From positions 7,648,001-7,712,000 of the forward strand of contig CBDCXR010000004.1 in the NCBI GenBank assembly GCA_965223845.1: 64,000 bases of DNA, given 5' to 3'. Source of the stretch: Planctomycetota bacterium (GTDB taxonomy: Bacteria; Planctomycetota; UBA8108; SXIK01). Shown here in pieces: positions 47,764-57,460 of this stretch. The stretch's first letter is position 1. Each line of letters opens with the position of its first letter. The notes under the pieces are model-generated. The model searched no databases. It worked only from the letters and a program-made list of their open reading frames with translations, and was not told the origin of the DNA. Both the position numbers and the translations under genes were made by a program.

Positions 47764-48438
47764 CTACTCGAGCACGAATCCCTCGCCGTGCCGAGTGACG
47801 ATGTGTTCGGGGCGCTTCGGATCGACTTCGAGCTTCCGCCGAAGCATCAAAATGTGAAAGTCGATGCTGCGGACTGCGCTCGAAGCCGCGAGTCCGCTCG
47901 TTCCGCGGAGGATTTCCTCGCGCGACACCGCGCGGCCGCGATGGCGGGCGAGGTACAGAAGAACATCGCGTTCCTTCTTTCTGAGCGCAACCTCGACGTC
48001 GCGGCGCCAGACGCGCCCCTCGCTGAGGTCGATGCGGACCTCCCCGAAGCTGACCGTGTCACCGGAGCGGCCCGCGCGGCGAAGAAGGGCCTGAATTCGC
48101 GCGAGCAGCTCGGCGATGCCGAACGGCTTCGCGAGGTAGTCGTCTGCACCGCTCCGAAGGCCTTCGACCTTGTCCGATTCGTCGCCCCGCGCACTCAGAA
48201 TCAGCACCGGGCGATCGCGATCCCGAAGCCGGAGCCAACGGAGCACGGAGAGTCCGTCTCGTTTCGGGAGCATGAGATCGAGCACGACGAGATCGAATGC
48301 TCGGTCCTCGAGCTCGCGGATGGCGCCTTCGCCGTCCACCGCCGTTGTGACCCGATAGCCTTCGGAGGTGAGTTTCTCCTCGAGCCCGACGCGGATCGCG
48401 GTGTCGTCCTCGACGATGAGAAGGCTCGGCGCGCTCAC
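47764..48438 (-). CDS. OmpR-family response regulator
   Basis: LIVEDD, LDLMLP, GADDY.AKPF, winged-helix LRRKLE..G.GF; GTG start overlaps the kinase stop. Confidence 0.93.
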   Translation of the reverse strand: MSAPSLLIVEDDTAIRVGLEEKLTSEGYRVTTAVDGEGAIRELEDRAFDLVVLDLMLPKRDGLSVLRWLRLRDRDRPVLILSARGDESDKVEGLRSGADDYLAKPFGIAELLARIQALLRRAGRSGDTVSFGEVRIDLSEGRVWRRDVEVALRKKERDVLLYLARHRGRAVSREEILRGTSGLAASSAVRSIDFHILMLRRKLEVDPKRPEHIVTRHGEGFVLE

Positions 48439-50414
48439 GACGCGTCTCCGGCGGAGCGATGCGAGTCCTCGGGCGGGGCGGGATTCTCGGAACCTTCCGG
48501 AAAAGCGGGGAGAAGTCGCGGGCCGTTCACGCCTGCGATCGGGAGGCGGAGCGTGAACGTCGATCCGCTCCCGCGCGTGCTCTCGAGCGTGAGTTCGCCG
48601 CCCATCTGCTCGCTGAGCCGGCGCGCGATCGCGAGCCCGAGGCCCGTTCCCTGAACGGAGTAGTCGTCGAAGCTTGCGCGGACAAACTCGTCGAAGACGC
48701 GCTTTCGATCTTCGGGCGCGATGCCGACGCCGTTGTCTGCGATCGCGACCTCGATCCAAGGCGTCGCGCGCGAGACTCGAAGGCGAATCTGCGGCCGTTC
48801 CTCGCCTCGATACTTGAGTGCGTTCTCGAGGAGATTGAGAACGATTCGTTCGAGCGCGCGAGCATCGGCGCGTGCCACGCAGTCTCCTCTTTCGCGTTCG
48901 AATTGGAACTCGACGCCCGACTCTCGCGCGCGAAATGCGAACATCTCTGCGGTCTTTTCGAGTGCGGCGCCCACGTCGACACGTACGAGTTGAACGGTCG
49001 TGATCCCGCGCTCGAGTCGGGAGAACTCGAGCACATTCTCGATCGTGCGGCTGAGCCGGAGGCTCTCTCCGTGCAGGAGCGATGCGTAGCGCTGCGCCGT
49101 CGCGGCGTCCAGTTCGTCCGTCGAGAGCATCTCCGAGAAGAGACGGATCGACGTGGCGGGAGTCTTGAGCTCATGGGAGACGTTCGCGAGAAGCTGCGAC
49201 TTCAGGCGAGCGAGTCGACGTTCCCGCCGAACGAACGCGACGAGCGCGCCGGCGCCGGCGAGCGTTGTCACGACGAGGAGGCCGATGAGTAGGCGGAGAA
49301 TGCGGCGGCGTTCGTGGAGCCCAGCGACGCGTAGAGATCGGCGCGGGTCCGAGACAAGCAGCCGTCCGACCGTCGCCGCACCGAAGACAACCGGGCGCCG
49401 GACGCTTGCGTCGACGTGAGTCGTTTCCGACTCGCTGGGTTCGAGGCGAGCTTCGTACCCGCGCGCGAGCGCGAGCGGCGGAGGTTCGAACGGAACTCGG
49501 ACGAGCGCACGGTGTTGACCGCCGTCCGGCGAGGTCACCGGGAAAGCCGCGAGAATGCCGTCGCCGTCGAGTACCGCTTCTTCGTCGACGAGAGCGTGCG
49601 GGCAACGTCGCGCGGCGCCAGCGAGCTCAGCGCGAGCGGCGAGCAGGTCGGGCAGCGTCGAAGCCGGGAGGCGACGCGCGGCGAGCGAAAGAAGGCGGTC
49701 GGAGGCGAGGCCGTGCTCGCGGGCGAGGATCTCGCCGAGATCCGCGGTCGACATCGGAAGCGCCGGTCGGCTCGAGTCGGACTCCGGCCCGAGATCGAGG
49801 AGGGCGAACGCCGCGAGGAAGACGAGAGGTTTGCCGTCTTCAGACCAAGTCGCTTGCGTCCCGTTCAGAATCGACGTGAGGATCCCGCGTGCGAGACGGT
49901 CGCGACCGGTCGCGCGCGCGGCGCGCGCCGACGCGAGCCGAAGTCGATCGCCGAGCTCGCGGTCGCGAATGCGAGCTAGGTAGAACGCGTAGGCATCGAG
50001 AGCGCGCGCAGGCGCGTCGAGCACGTGCTCGAAGTACTCGCCGCCGCGAACGCAGAGTCGATAGAGGTACTCGTCGTCCCCGGCTCGTTGGAGCCGGGCT
50101 TCGGGCCGGAGATCGAACGTGAGAGTGCGGGCGGCGGCGTCGCGAACGAATCCGACGAGAGGTGCTACGCGCACCGGCTCACCCTCCGCTACCGAGCGCT
50201 GCGTCCGCGCTCGAATGCGCTCGAACTCTCGATCCGCTGCCGCGAGCGCGGAGCTGACGCGAGTCGCGAGCGCGTCGGCCTCGATCTCCAGCTCCGCGTC
50301 GATGGCTGAAACCGCCGCGGCGAAATCCTGGTCCGCGACGCGTAGAGCGAAGTACGCGAGACCGAGAGAGGGCGCGAGGAGTAGGAGCGCGAACGCAGCG
50401 ACGGATCGGATCAA
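48435..50414 (-). CDS. Membrane sensor histidine kinase
   Basis: Two TMs; VSHELKTP, NLLENALKY, DNGVGI, GTGLGL; TTG start overlaps the upstream TGA. Confidence 0.92.
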   Translation of the reverse strand: MIRSVAAFALLLLAPSLGLAYFALRVADQDFAAAVSAIDAELEIEADALATRVSSALAAADREFERIRARTQRSVAEGEPVRVAPLVGFVRDAAARTLTFDLRPEARLQRAGDDEYLYRLCVRGGEYFEHVLDAPARALDAYAFYLARIRDRELGDRLRLASARAARATGRDRLARGILTSILNGTQATWSEDGKPLVFLAAFALLDLGPESDSSRPALPMSTADLGEILAREHGLASDRLLSLAARRLPASTLPDLLAARAELAGAARRCPHALVDEEAVLDGDGILAAFPVTSPDGGQHRALVRVPFEPPPLALARGYEARLEPSESETTHVDASVRRPVVFGAATVGRLLVSDPRRSLRVAGLHERRRILRLLIGLLVVTTLAGAGALVAFVRRERRLARLKSQLLANVSHELKTPATSIRLFSEMLSTDELDAATAQRYASLLHGESLRLSRTIENVLEFSRLERGITTVQLVRVDVGAALEKTAEMFAFRARESGVEFQFERERGDCVARADARALERIVLNLLENALKYRGEERPQIRLRVSRATPWIEVAIADNGVGIAPEDRKRVFDEFVRASFDDYSVQGTGLGLAIARRLSEQMGGELTLESTRGSGSTFTLRLPIAGVNGPRLLPAFPEGSENPAPPEDSHRSAGDAS

Positions 50415-53158
50415 GGCTCGCCCTCGGCTCGTTCCGTGCGCAAGGACTCGACGAGCGCCTTCCATTCCCGTCGCTCTTCGAGTGTTTTTCGAATGCTGCG
50501 GAGAGCGTTCAGTGCGCGTGCGCGGAGGTCGACATCGGGGTCGTCGAGAAGCACGGTGAGAGGCTCGATTCCTTCCGGTGCCGCGAAGCGCTCGAGGCCG
50601 GCGATCCCGGCGAGTCGATCGACGCGTTTCTCACTGCGCGCCAGCTCGACGAAGATCGGGGCGACGTCGCTTCGGGTGAGCTTCTCGAGCTCCGCGAGCG
50701 GCTCTCCATGGACCCACTCGCTCGGGTCTGCAAGTCCGCGCCGGAGGAGGCGAAGGACGGTCTCCGTGTCCTTCTCATCGGCGAAGGGATAGTGCCGGTA
50801 CGCACCGACGCGGACATTGGTTTTGTCGCTCGTCAGCGCGGCTTCGAGGAGGCGAGCGCGAACCTCCGGTTCACGCTTATGAATCCAGCGCCAGAGATCG
50901 CGCGAGTAGTCGAGCCGTCCACCGACTCGACGAGTTCGACCGTCTGTCCGTCTGCGTTCGACCATGAGAAGACGCGAGGCGAGTGGATCGTCGCTCACGA
51001 ACATCTCCGCCCAGTCGAACCATTCGAAGCTACCGGTCGGATCGACCGAAACGGCTCGATCACGGATGTCCACGTCCATTTCTGCTGACTGGGCGATCGA
51101 CTGAGCGAAATCGGTGAGCTCGGCGCGCTCGAAGCTTCTCTGCGTGAGCGACCGCAGTGCTTCGGCTCGAGCGGCGGGCGTGCGCAGTGAACTGCAACGG
51201 GCGAGAAGTTCATCTCGGTGAGAGTCGAAGTCCTGACTGGGGATTCCCCTCAAGTAGTAGCGATGGACTGCGTCGAGGCCCGGAGTGTCGAGCTCCTTGA
51301 GAATCTCACCGTAGAGGCCGCGCGGGAGCGGCTTAGAGGGGCGTCGCAGCCTACCGGCCCGGTCTTGCGGCCCGATCACCTGGTCGAGGTGGACCTTGAG
51401 AAGATGGACGAGTCGCGGCGCGACGAGACCGGGCTGCCGGTCGTAGTGGTCCGCGAGGAAGGTGAGCGCTCGTTCCCGAAACGGTGCATCGGCCGATGCC
51501 GACGCGACCGAGGCGAGACGTTCGAGAAACGACCCGTGAAGGTTCTCGGTTTTCCAGAGAAGGTGGAGCACGGTGCGAACGGCGTTTTCGTCTCCGCTCG
51601 CGAGAACGGGAGTGAGAGCGGTGACGAGCTCGGTCGGAACCACCTCGGGTTGGAACGAGGATCCGAGCACATTGTTACGCGACTGTAAGGCTTTCGCGAG
51701 ACTCGGATGCTCCGTCCGATAGTTCATGAGAAATTCGCCGAAGGCGGAGGCGAAACGCGCGTCCACGATGGCGGCTGCGCCGAGCAGCTCATGCCCGTAG
51801 CGAAACTTCGGCACTGCTCGTTGCTTCTGGTCGAAAAACCCGCACTGGGCGAGCACCGATGACCAAGCCGCAGGTGCATCCGCAACCTTGCCGGTCGCAA
51901 CGTAGGTGTCGTGGAAGTAGTTGGCGACCGCGTTGCCCGCGCCACGTTCGGCCCGGTCGGCGAGGATTTCGAACGCCCCGCCCCGCTCGAGATTCGCGAG
52001 GAGCGTCTTCACGCTGCCATAGCTGAGTCGACTCGTACCCGAAGTTTTGGATCGGGCGATCGTTTCGTCGAGAATCGCCGTCCACTGAGCGACCCCTAGC
52101 GCCTCCGGCGCCACCGCCTCGAGAACCGATATCAGCGTTCGGGAGTTCCGGCAGTCGTCGGCGAGGATGCGTTCCGCGACGATCCCTGCGAGCTCCGGAT
52201 GCCGGCGGAGAAACGCGCGCAGTCGTTCAAACATGGAAAAGGATTCGAGACTCGGCAGGATCGCTCGGAAATCATCGACGGCATCGATTTGGAGTGCGAC
52301 GAGACTGCGCCACTCGGCGGTGCCCGGCGTGATGGGGAGGGCGTCGACGCGGCTACCGATCTCTTTGCGCTCCTCGGGCGAGAACTTCGCGGCTCGATCG
52401 AGATAACCGGTCAAGTGGTCGAAGAGGAGGCGATCGGTCGCTGCGACCTGCGCCGCCGACGGGATCGGATCTTTCTCTCCAAGAAGCACGGACCAATTCT
52501 CATGCCGTCCGAGTTCGATGAGAACGAGCGCGAGGTGCCAGCGCTGAGTGCGGTCGCGAGACGTCGACAGAACGCGAGAGAGTACCGGGACTCCGATCGC
52601 GCCGAGCGCCTTGAGCTGGCGCCGCGCGCGCCGGCCCTCGTCGGTCTCCGGGCTGACGAGATCCATGGCGAGATCGAAGACGCGAGCCTGAATGAGCTCG
52701 CTTCGTCCGAGCTCCCCCAGCCAGTCGAACTCCGGGTTCTCGGTCGTCCCGCGCTCGAGCTCGCGGAGGAAAACACGCGCCTCCTGGATGACGCGGCGTT
52801 CTTCCGGGTGCGCGGCCACGACGCGCTCCAGGATCTTTCGCGCCTCCTCGATCTCGCCGGTCTTCCGGCGGCAGCGCGCGAGATAGAGAAGCGCACGCGC
52901 CCGGATCGACTCAGTCGCCGCCTCGGACTCGGCCAAGACGGTGTAGATCTTCACCGCGCGATCGAGATCGCCCGATGCGACTTCGAGAAGCTCGGCCTCG
53001 AGCAGCCGATCCTCGAGATCGTCGCCGGCCTTTGCGGCCGAAGACAACCGGCTCCCCGTGGGCGAAGTGGCGGCCGTATCCGACTGGCTGAGTAGAATCG
53101 ACGGTGAGCTACCGACGATCGCCAGCGCGATCCCGATCGTGAGCACGTTTCGGCGCAT
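50411..53158 (-). CDS. Exported TPR plus HEAT-repeat protein
   Basis: Signal peptide; N-terminal TPR pair; C-terminal HEAT repeats (LLDDPDVDLRARALNAL). Confidence 0.78.
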   Translation of the reverse strand: MRRNVLTIGIALAIVGSSPSILLSQSDTAATSPTGSRLSSAAKAGDDLEDRLLEAELLEVASGDLDRAVKIYTVLAESEAATESIRARALLYLARCRRKTGEIEEARKILERVVAAHPEERRVIQEARVFLRELERGTTENPEFDWLGELGRSELIQARVFDLAMDLVSPETDEGRRARRQLKALGAIGVPVLSRVLSTSRDRTQRWHLALVLIELGRHENWSVLLGEKDPIPSAAQVAATDRLLFDHLTGYLDRAAKFSPEERKEIGSRVDALPITPGTAEWRSLVALQIDAVDDFRAILPSLESFSMFERLRAFLRRHPELAGIVAERILADDCRNSRTLISVLEAVAPEALGVAQWTAILDETIARSKTSGTSRLSYGSVKTLLANLERGGAFEILADRAERGAGNAVANYFHDTYVATGKVADAPAAWSSVLAQCGFFDQKQRAVPKFRYGHELLGAAAIVDARFASAFGEFLMNYRTEHPSLAKALQSRNNVLGSSFQPEVVPTELVTALTPVLASGDENAVRTVLHLLWKTENLHGSFLERLASVASASADAPFRERALTFLADHYDRQPGLVAPRLVHLLKVHLDQVIGPQDRAGRLRRPSKPLPRGLYGEILKELDTPGLDAVHRYYLRGIPSQDFDSHRDELLARCSSLRTPAARAEALRSLTQRSFERAELTDFAQSIAQSAEMDVDIRDRAVSVDPTGSFEWFDWAEMFVSDDPLASRLLMVERRRTDGRTRRVGGRLDYSRDLWRWIHKREPEVRARLLEAALTSDKTNVRVGAYRHYPFADEKDTETVLRLLRRGLADPSEWVHGEPLAELEKLTRSDVAPIFVELARSEKRVDRLAGIAGLERFAAPEGIEPLTVLLDDPDVDLRARALNALRSIRKTLEERREWKALVESLRTERAEGEP

Positions 53159-53367
53159 GAGTCTGCCTCCCGCTCTGCTGATGGTACGTCGTTCGGCGCG
53201 GGACGAGAACTCTCTCGTCTCCGGTCCTCAGCGTAGCGAGCGAGTATTAGACGGCTGTTAGATCGAGCGCGAGCGGGGTCGAGTCCGCCCGCAGCGCGAA
53301 CGAGATCGGGACCGTCGCTTGATCGTACGTCGCTTTTCCAGCGCGATGGCGGCCGAATCGGCCGGCG

Positions 53368-54144
53368 TCAGACGCCGACGATGTTGTACCCGCAGTCGAC
53401 GTAGATCGTTTCGCCCGTGATCCCGCTCGAGAGCGGGCTGAGCAGGAACGCCGTCGCGTTCGCCACTTCGTCGACCTCGACGTTCCGCCGGAGGGGAGAG
53501 ACCGACGCGACGTGATCGAGGATATCGGTGAAGCCGGAGATCCCGCGTGCGGCGAGTGTGTTGATGGGGCCCGCGGAGATCGCATTCACGCGGATCTGCT
53601 TCTCACCGAGGTCGGCCGCGAGATAGCGAACAGACGCCTCGAGCGCGGCTTTCGCGACGCCCATGACGTTGTAATTTCGAACCGCTCGCGCGGCGCCCAG
53701 GTAGGTCATCGCGACGATGCTCCCGCCTTCCGACATGAGAGGAGCGGCCATGCGCGCAATGGCGGTGAGGGAATAGCTGCTCACGTCCTGGGCGAGGTGG
53801 TAGCCCTTGCGCGACGTGTTCACGAACGTCCCCTCGAGGTCGTTTCGGTCGGCGAACGCAACGGAGTGGACGACGAAGTCGAGTCGACCGAAGTCGGCAG
53901 CGAGCCGCTCGCCGAGTGCGGCGATGTCATCGTCATCGGTCACGTCGCAGGGATAGAGGGGCGTCGATCCGGGGAGCGTTTCGGCGAGACTTTCGACCTT
54001 CCCCTTCAGCTTATCGCCCAGGTAAGTGAGCGCGAGCTCGGCGCCGGCGTGCGCCGCCGCCTGCGTGATCGCCCACGCGATGCTGCGCTTGTTCGCGACT
54101 CCGAGGATGAGGCCCTTCTTCTCCGCCAGCATGTTCGTGGTCAT
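53368..54144 (-). CDS. fabI: Enoyl-ACP reductase FabI
   Basis: GVANKRSIAWAI, HSVAFA, YNVMGVAKAALE, VNAISAGPI.TLAA. Confidence 0.96.
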   Translation of the reverse strand: MTTNMLAEKKGLILGVANKRSIAWAITQAAAHAGAELALTYLGDKLKGKVESLAETLPGSTPLYPCDVTDDDDIAALGERLAADFGRLDFVVHSVAFADRNDLEGTFVNTSRKGYHLAQDVSSYSLTAIARMAAPLMSEGGSIVAMTYLGAARAVRNYNVMGVAKAALEASVRYLAADLGEKQIRVNAISAGPINTLAARGISGFTDILDHVASVSPLRRNVEVDEVANATAFLLSPLSSGITGETIYVDCGYNIVGV

Positions 54145-54331
54145 CCCGATTCGTCCTGCCGCTTCTCGCGCCTTCGCCAGTGCCGCGGAGCCGCGCTACG
54201 CCGTTCTCTCTCGCGTGCTCCGGAACGCGGGCGAATTGTACCCGAACAGCTGGGAGCGGTCGACGTCACCGAGCCGTCCGGCCCGGCGCGGTCGCCGTAC
54301 GGCGTGCGATCTCCGACGCCGGGGAATTCGC

Positions 54332-54360
54332 TTTACCGCGCTTGGGGCCCTCGTTATAAG
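54332..54360 (+). promoter_or_regulatory. Putative sigma70 promoter of the arg operon
   Basis: TTTACC-N17-TATAAG. Confidence 0.55.
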
Positions 54361-54498
54361 GGGCGGTTTCCCCCGAGGACGAGACGACTCGCGCCCACGC
54401 GGCCGATCGATCTCTCGAGGCGGGTGCGGCCACCCGCGGTTTCGAAGGTTTACCGTCCTCGGGCGCTCGCTCGGAATTCGGCGACGGAGCCGACCAAC

Positions 54499-54567
54499 AT
54501 GCATCCGACCGACCACTCGTTCCATCGTGGAAGACCCCGCCGGGGACGCGGCGGCCGCCGTCGCTAG
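54499..54567 (+). CDS. Putative Arg-rich leader peptide MHPTDHSFHRGRPRRGRGGRRR (22 aa)
   Basis: SD GGAG at 54486-54489, then ATG; 8 Arg in the last 13 codons; lies between the putative promoter and argB. Confidence 0.55.
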   Translation: MHPTDHSFHRGRPRRGRGGRRR

Positions 54568-54895
54568 GCCCCGGCTAACGACGTTTTCGAACGAGATGGT
54601 CCACTCGGACGCCGTCCGATTCTCCCCTGGCCGGCACTCTCGCTTTCTGACGGGCGAAGAAGGTCGCGGACCGGGAGGGAAGGACCAGCGAGGCGCAGCG
54701 GGTGATTCGCTGCGCGACCTCTCGCGACAAGCGAGAAGTAGAATCGCGGCCCGAGCCGCGCGACGTGACGTCCCCGTTCGTGGATCGTTCCGACCGCGAA
54801 GAGACGCACATCGGCGCCGGTGAGAGCCGCGACGCTCGAGGAAACGATCCGCCGATCGGTGACATCGGTGGGGCGGATCGCAAGCGAGGACGACG

Positions 54896-55891
54896 ATGAC
54901 CCCCGACGCTGATCTCAGTCTTCTCAAGCAGGCGCTTCCCTACATCAAGGAGTACCGCAACAAGACCTTCGTGATCAAATTCGGCGGCGAGGTCGTGTCC
55001 GATCCCGATCGACTCGACGCGCTCGCCGAGCAGATCGCGCTCCTCCACGAGCTCAACGTCCGTCTCGTGATCATTCATGGCGGCGGGCCTCAACTTTCGA
55101 ACTACGCCGAACGTCTCGGGATCGAGGCGAAGAAAGTAGGGGGGCGACGCGTCACCGACGACGGTCTTCTCGAGGTGGCGAAGATGGTCTTCGCCGGCGG
55201 GATCTCGACCGACATCCTCGCGGCGCTCCGGCGGCACGACACACCGGGGGTGGGCCTCTCGGGAGTCGACGGCGACCTCGTTCAGGCCGTGCGTCGACCT
55301 CCGCGACGAGTCTACGACGACACCGCGGGCGAGGAGCGCGAGGTCGACTTTCAGAACGTCGGCGACATCCAGTCCGTGCGTCCGGAAGTCCTGAGCGTTC
55401 TTCTCGAAAAGAGATTCGTCCCCGTCGTTGCCTCCCTCGGCTGCAGCGACGACGGGCGCGTGCTCAACATCAACGCGGACACGATCGCGGCGGAGATCGC
55501 TTCCGCCCTGGACGCCGAAAAACTCTTTCTCTTCTCGAACGTGAACGGAGTTCTCCGCGATGTTGCGGATCCGTCGAGTCGGCACTCGTATCTCCTCGTC
55601 GACACGGTTCGACGAATGCTCGAAACGCGCGAGATCTCCGGCGGGATGGGCCCGAAGCTCACTGCGGCGATCGCGGCCGTCGAGGGCGGAGTTCGCCGGG
55701 CGCACATCATCAACGGGCTCGTCGAGAACGCGCTTCTCCTCGAAGTGTTTACGGTCGAGGGCGCGGGAACCATGATCCTCGATGAGGAAGAGGCCGCGAT
55801 GTACGCGGCGCGCCGGAAGGGAGTTCTCAGCCGCGGGGAAGCCTCACGAGAAGAGGCGCCCCCGAAGGTCGCAAAAAAAGGCGAAGAGTAG
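54896..55891 (+). CDS. argB: N-acylglutamate kinase
   Basis: QALPYI, VIKFGG, HGGGPQ, RVTD, NINAD, GGMGPK, LLLEVFT.EG.GT. Confidence 0.95.
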   Translation: MTPDADLSLLKQALPYIKEYRNKTFVIKFGGEVVSDPDRLDALAEQIALLHELNVRLVIIHGGGPQLSNYAERLGIEAKKVGGRRVTDDGLLEVAKMVFAGGISTDILAALRRHDTPGVGLSGVDGDLVQAVRRPPRRVYDDTAGEEREVDFQNVGDIQSVRPEVLSVLLEKRFVPVVASLGCSDDGRVLNINADTIAAEIASALDAEKLFLFSNVNGVLRDVADPSSRHSYLLVDTVRRMLETREISGGMGPKLTAAIAAVEGGVRRAHIINGLVENALLLEVFTVEGAGTMILDEEEAAMYAARRKGVLSRGEASREEAPPKVAKKGEE

Positions 55892-55960
55892 AAGCAAAGG
55901 AAAACCTAGAGACCGGGAGACACCGAGTTCGGGTCCGGGATGACCTGGCGGGAGAGAACT

Positions 55961-57346
55961 ATGCGGAGTGATCGGTTCGGGGCGGAGCTGAACGAAGCGA
56001 TGGCGCGACTCAACGCGTCGATCGGATTCGACCATCGCCTCTACAACGAGGACATCGATGGTAGTCTCGCGTGGGCGGACGCCCTCCTCGATCGCGATCT
56101 GATCGACGGTGAGGAGCACCGCCGCATCTGCGACGGACTCGAGAAGGTCCGCGGCGAGATCGACGCGGGCAGCTTCGAGTTTTCGGTCGAGCACGAGGAC
56201 ATCCACATGAACGTGGAGTCCCGTTTGACGGCGCTCACCGGAGACGCGGGAGCAAAGCTCCACACCGGACGAAGCCGGAACGACCAAGTCGCGACGGATC
56301 TGAGGCTCTACTTGAAGCGTTCGGCGGTGACTGCGGCGCGCGCGCTCGCCGAGCTCGCCACGGAGCTCTCGGCGCTCGCGGAGCGGGAGATCGACGTCGT
56401 GATTCCGGCGTATACGCATCTTCAACGCGCTCAACCCGTCCTCTTTGCGCATCACGTTCTCGCGTACGCCGAGATGCTCATTCGCGATCGCGATCGCTTT
56501 CTCTGGGCGGCGAATCAAGCCGATTCCCTGCCTCTCGGGTCGGGAGCGTGCGCGGGGAATCAATTCGGCATCGACCGCGAGCTCCTCTCGGCCCGCCTCG
56601 GGTTTGCCCGGCTCACCCACAACTCCATGGACGCGGTGAGCGATCGCGATTTTGTCTGCGATTTTCTCCATGCGGCGTCGCTGCTCCTCGTCCATCTCTC
56701 GCGCTTCAGCGAGGACCTCATTCTCTGGTCGAGTGCGGAGTTCGGATTCGTCGTTCTCGACGACGCGGTGACGACCGGAAGCTCCATGCTGCCGCAGAAG
56801 AAGAATCCCGATGCGTGCGAGCTCGCCCGCGGAAAGTGCGGTCGCGTGTTCGGACATCTCGTTGGACTCCTGACGACGCTGAAGGGCTTGCCGCTCACGT
56901 ACAACAAGGACCTCCAGGAAGACAAAGAGGGAGTGTTCGACGCGATCGACACGATCGAGCTCCTTCTCCCCGTGTTTCGAGCGACGGTCGCGACGCTCGC
57001 GGTCCGCCGCGAGAACATCGCGGGGTCATTGAGTGGGGGGTTCCTCGATGCGATGGGGCTCGCCGACTACCTGACTCGGCGCGGCGTTCCGTTTCGCGAT
57101 GCCCACGGTGTCGTTGGGGCCGTCGTACGTCGAGCCGAAGCGGAAGGGAAGGAACTCTCCCAGCTCTCCCTCGAAGAGCTGAAGGAGATCCATCCCACCT
57201 TCGAGAGCGACGTCTTCGAGGCTCTCCGCCTCGAGAACCTCGTCGCAGACAAAGATGTCGTCGGGGGCACGGCCCCGGCGCGAGTGAGGCAGGAGATCGA
57301 GCGGGTGCGTTTGCTCGCCGGGGCGACCCCGCCGGACGAGGAGTGA
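55961..57346 (+). CDS. argH: Argininosuccinate lyase
   Basis: EDIHM, HTGRSRNDQ, YTHLQRAQP, TGSSMLPQKKNPD, YNKDLQEDK. Start may be 55940. Confidence 0.96.
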   Translation: MRSDRFGAELNEAMARLNASIGFDHRLYNEDIDGSLAWADALLDRDLIDGEEHRRICDGLEKVRGEIDAGSFEFSVEHEDIHMNVESRLTALTGDAGAKLHTGRSRNDQVATDLRLYLKRSAVTAARALAELATELSALAEREIDVVIPAYTHLQRAQPVLFAHHVLAYAEMLIRDRDRFLWAANQADSLPLGSGACAGNQFGIDRELLSARLGFARLTHNSMDAVSDRDFVCDFLHAASLLLVHLSRFSEDLILWSSAEFGFVVLDDAVTTGSSMLPQKKNPDACELARGKCGRVFGHLVGLLTTLKGLPLTYNKDLQEDKEGVFDAIDTIELLLPVFRATVATLAVRRENIAGSLSGGFLDAMGLADYLTRRGVPFRDAHGVVGAVVRRAEAEGKELSQLSLEELKEIHPTFESDVFEALRLENLVADKDVVGGTAPARVRQEIERVRLLAGATPPDEE

Positions 57347-57460
57347 CGGCCGTTCGGACGGCACGAACCGCGGCGAAGATCAACGAGTCCGCCGAAAGGC
57401 GGAGCGCAGGCGCGCACGGAGCACGGATTCGTGCGCGAAATGGAATCGTAGGAGCGAGAC

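Noticed and set aside
54702-54899. 65-aa ORF before argB as argR or argA
   Set aside because: No winged-helix or GNAT features; low-complexity composition.
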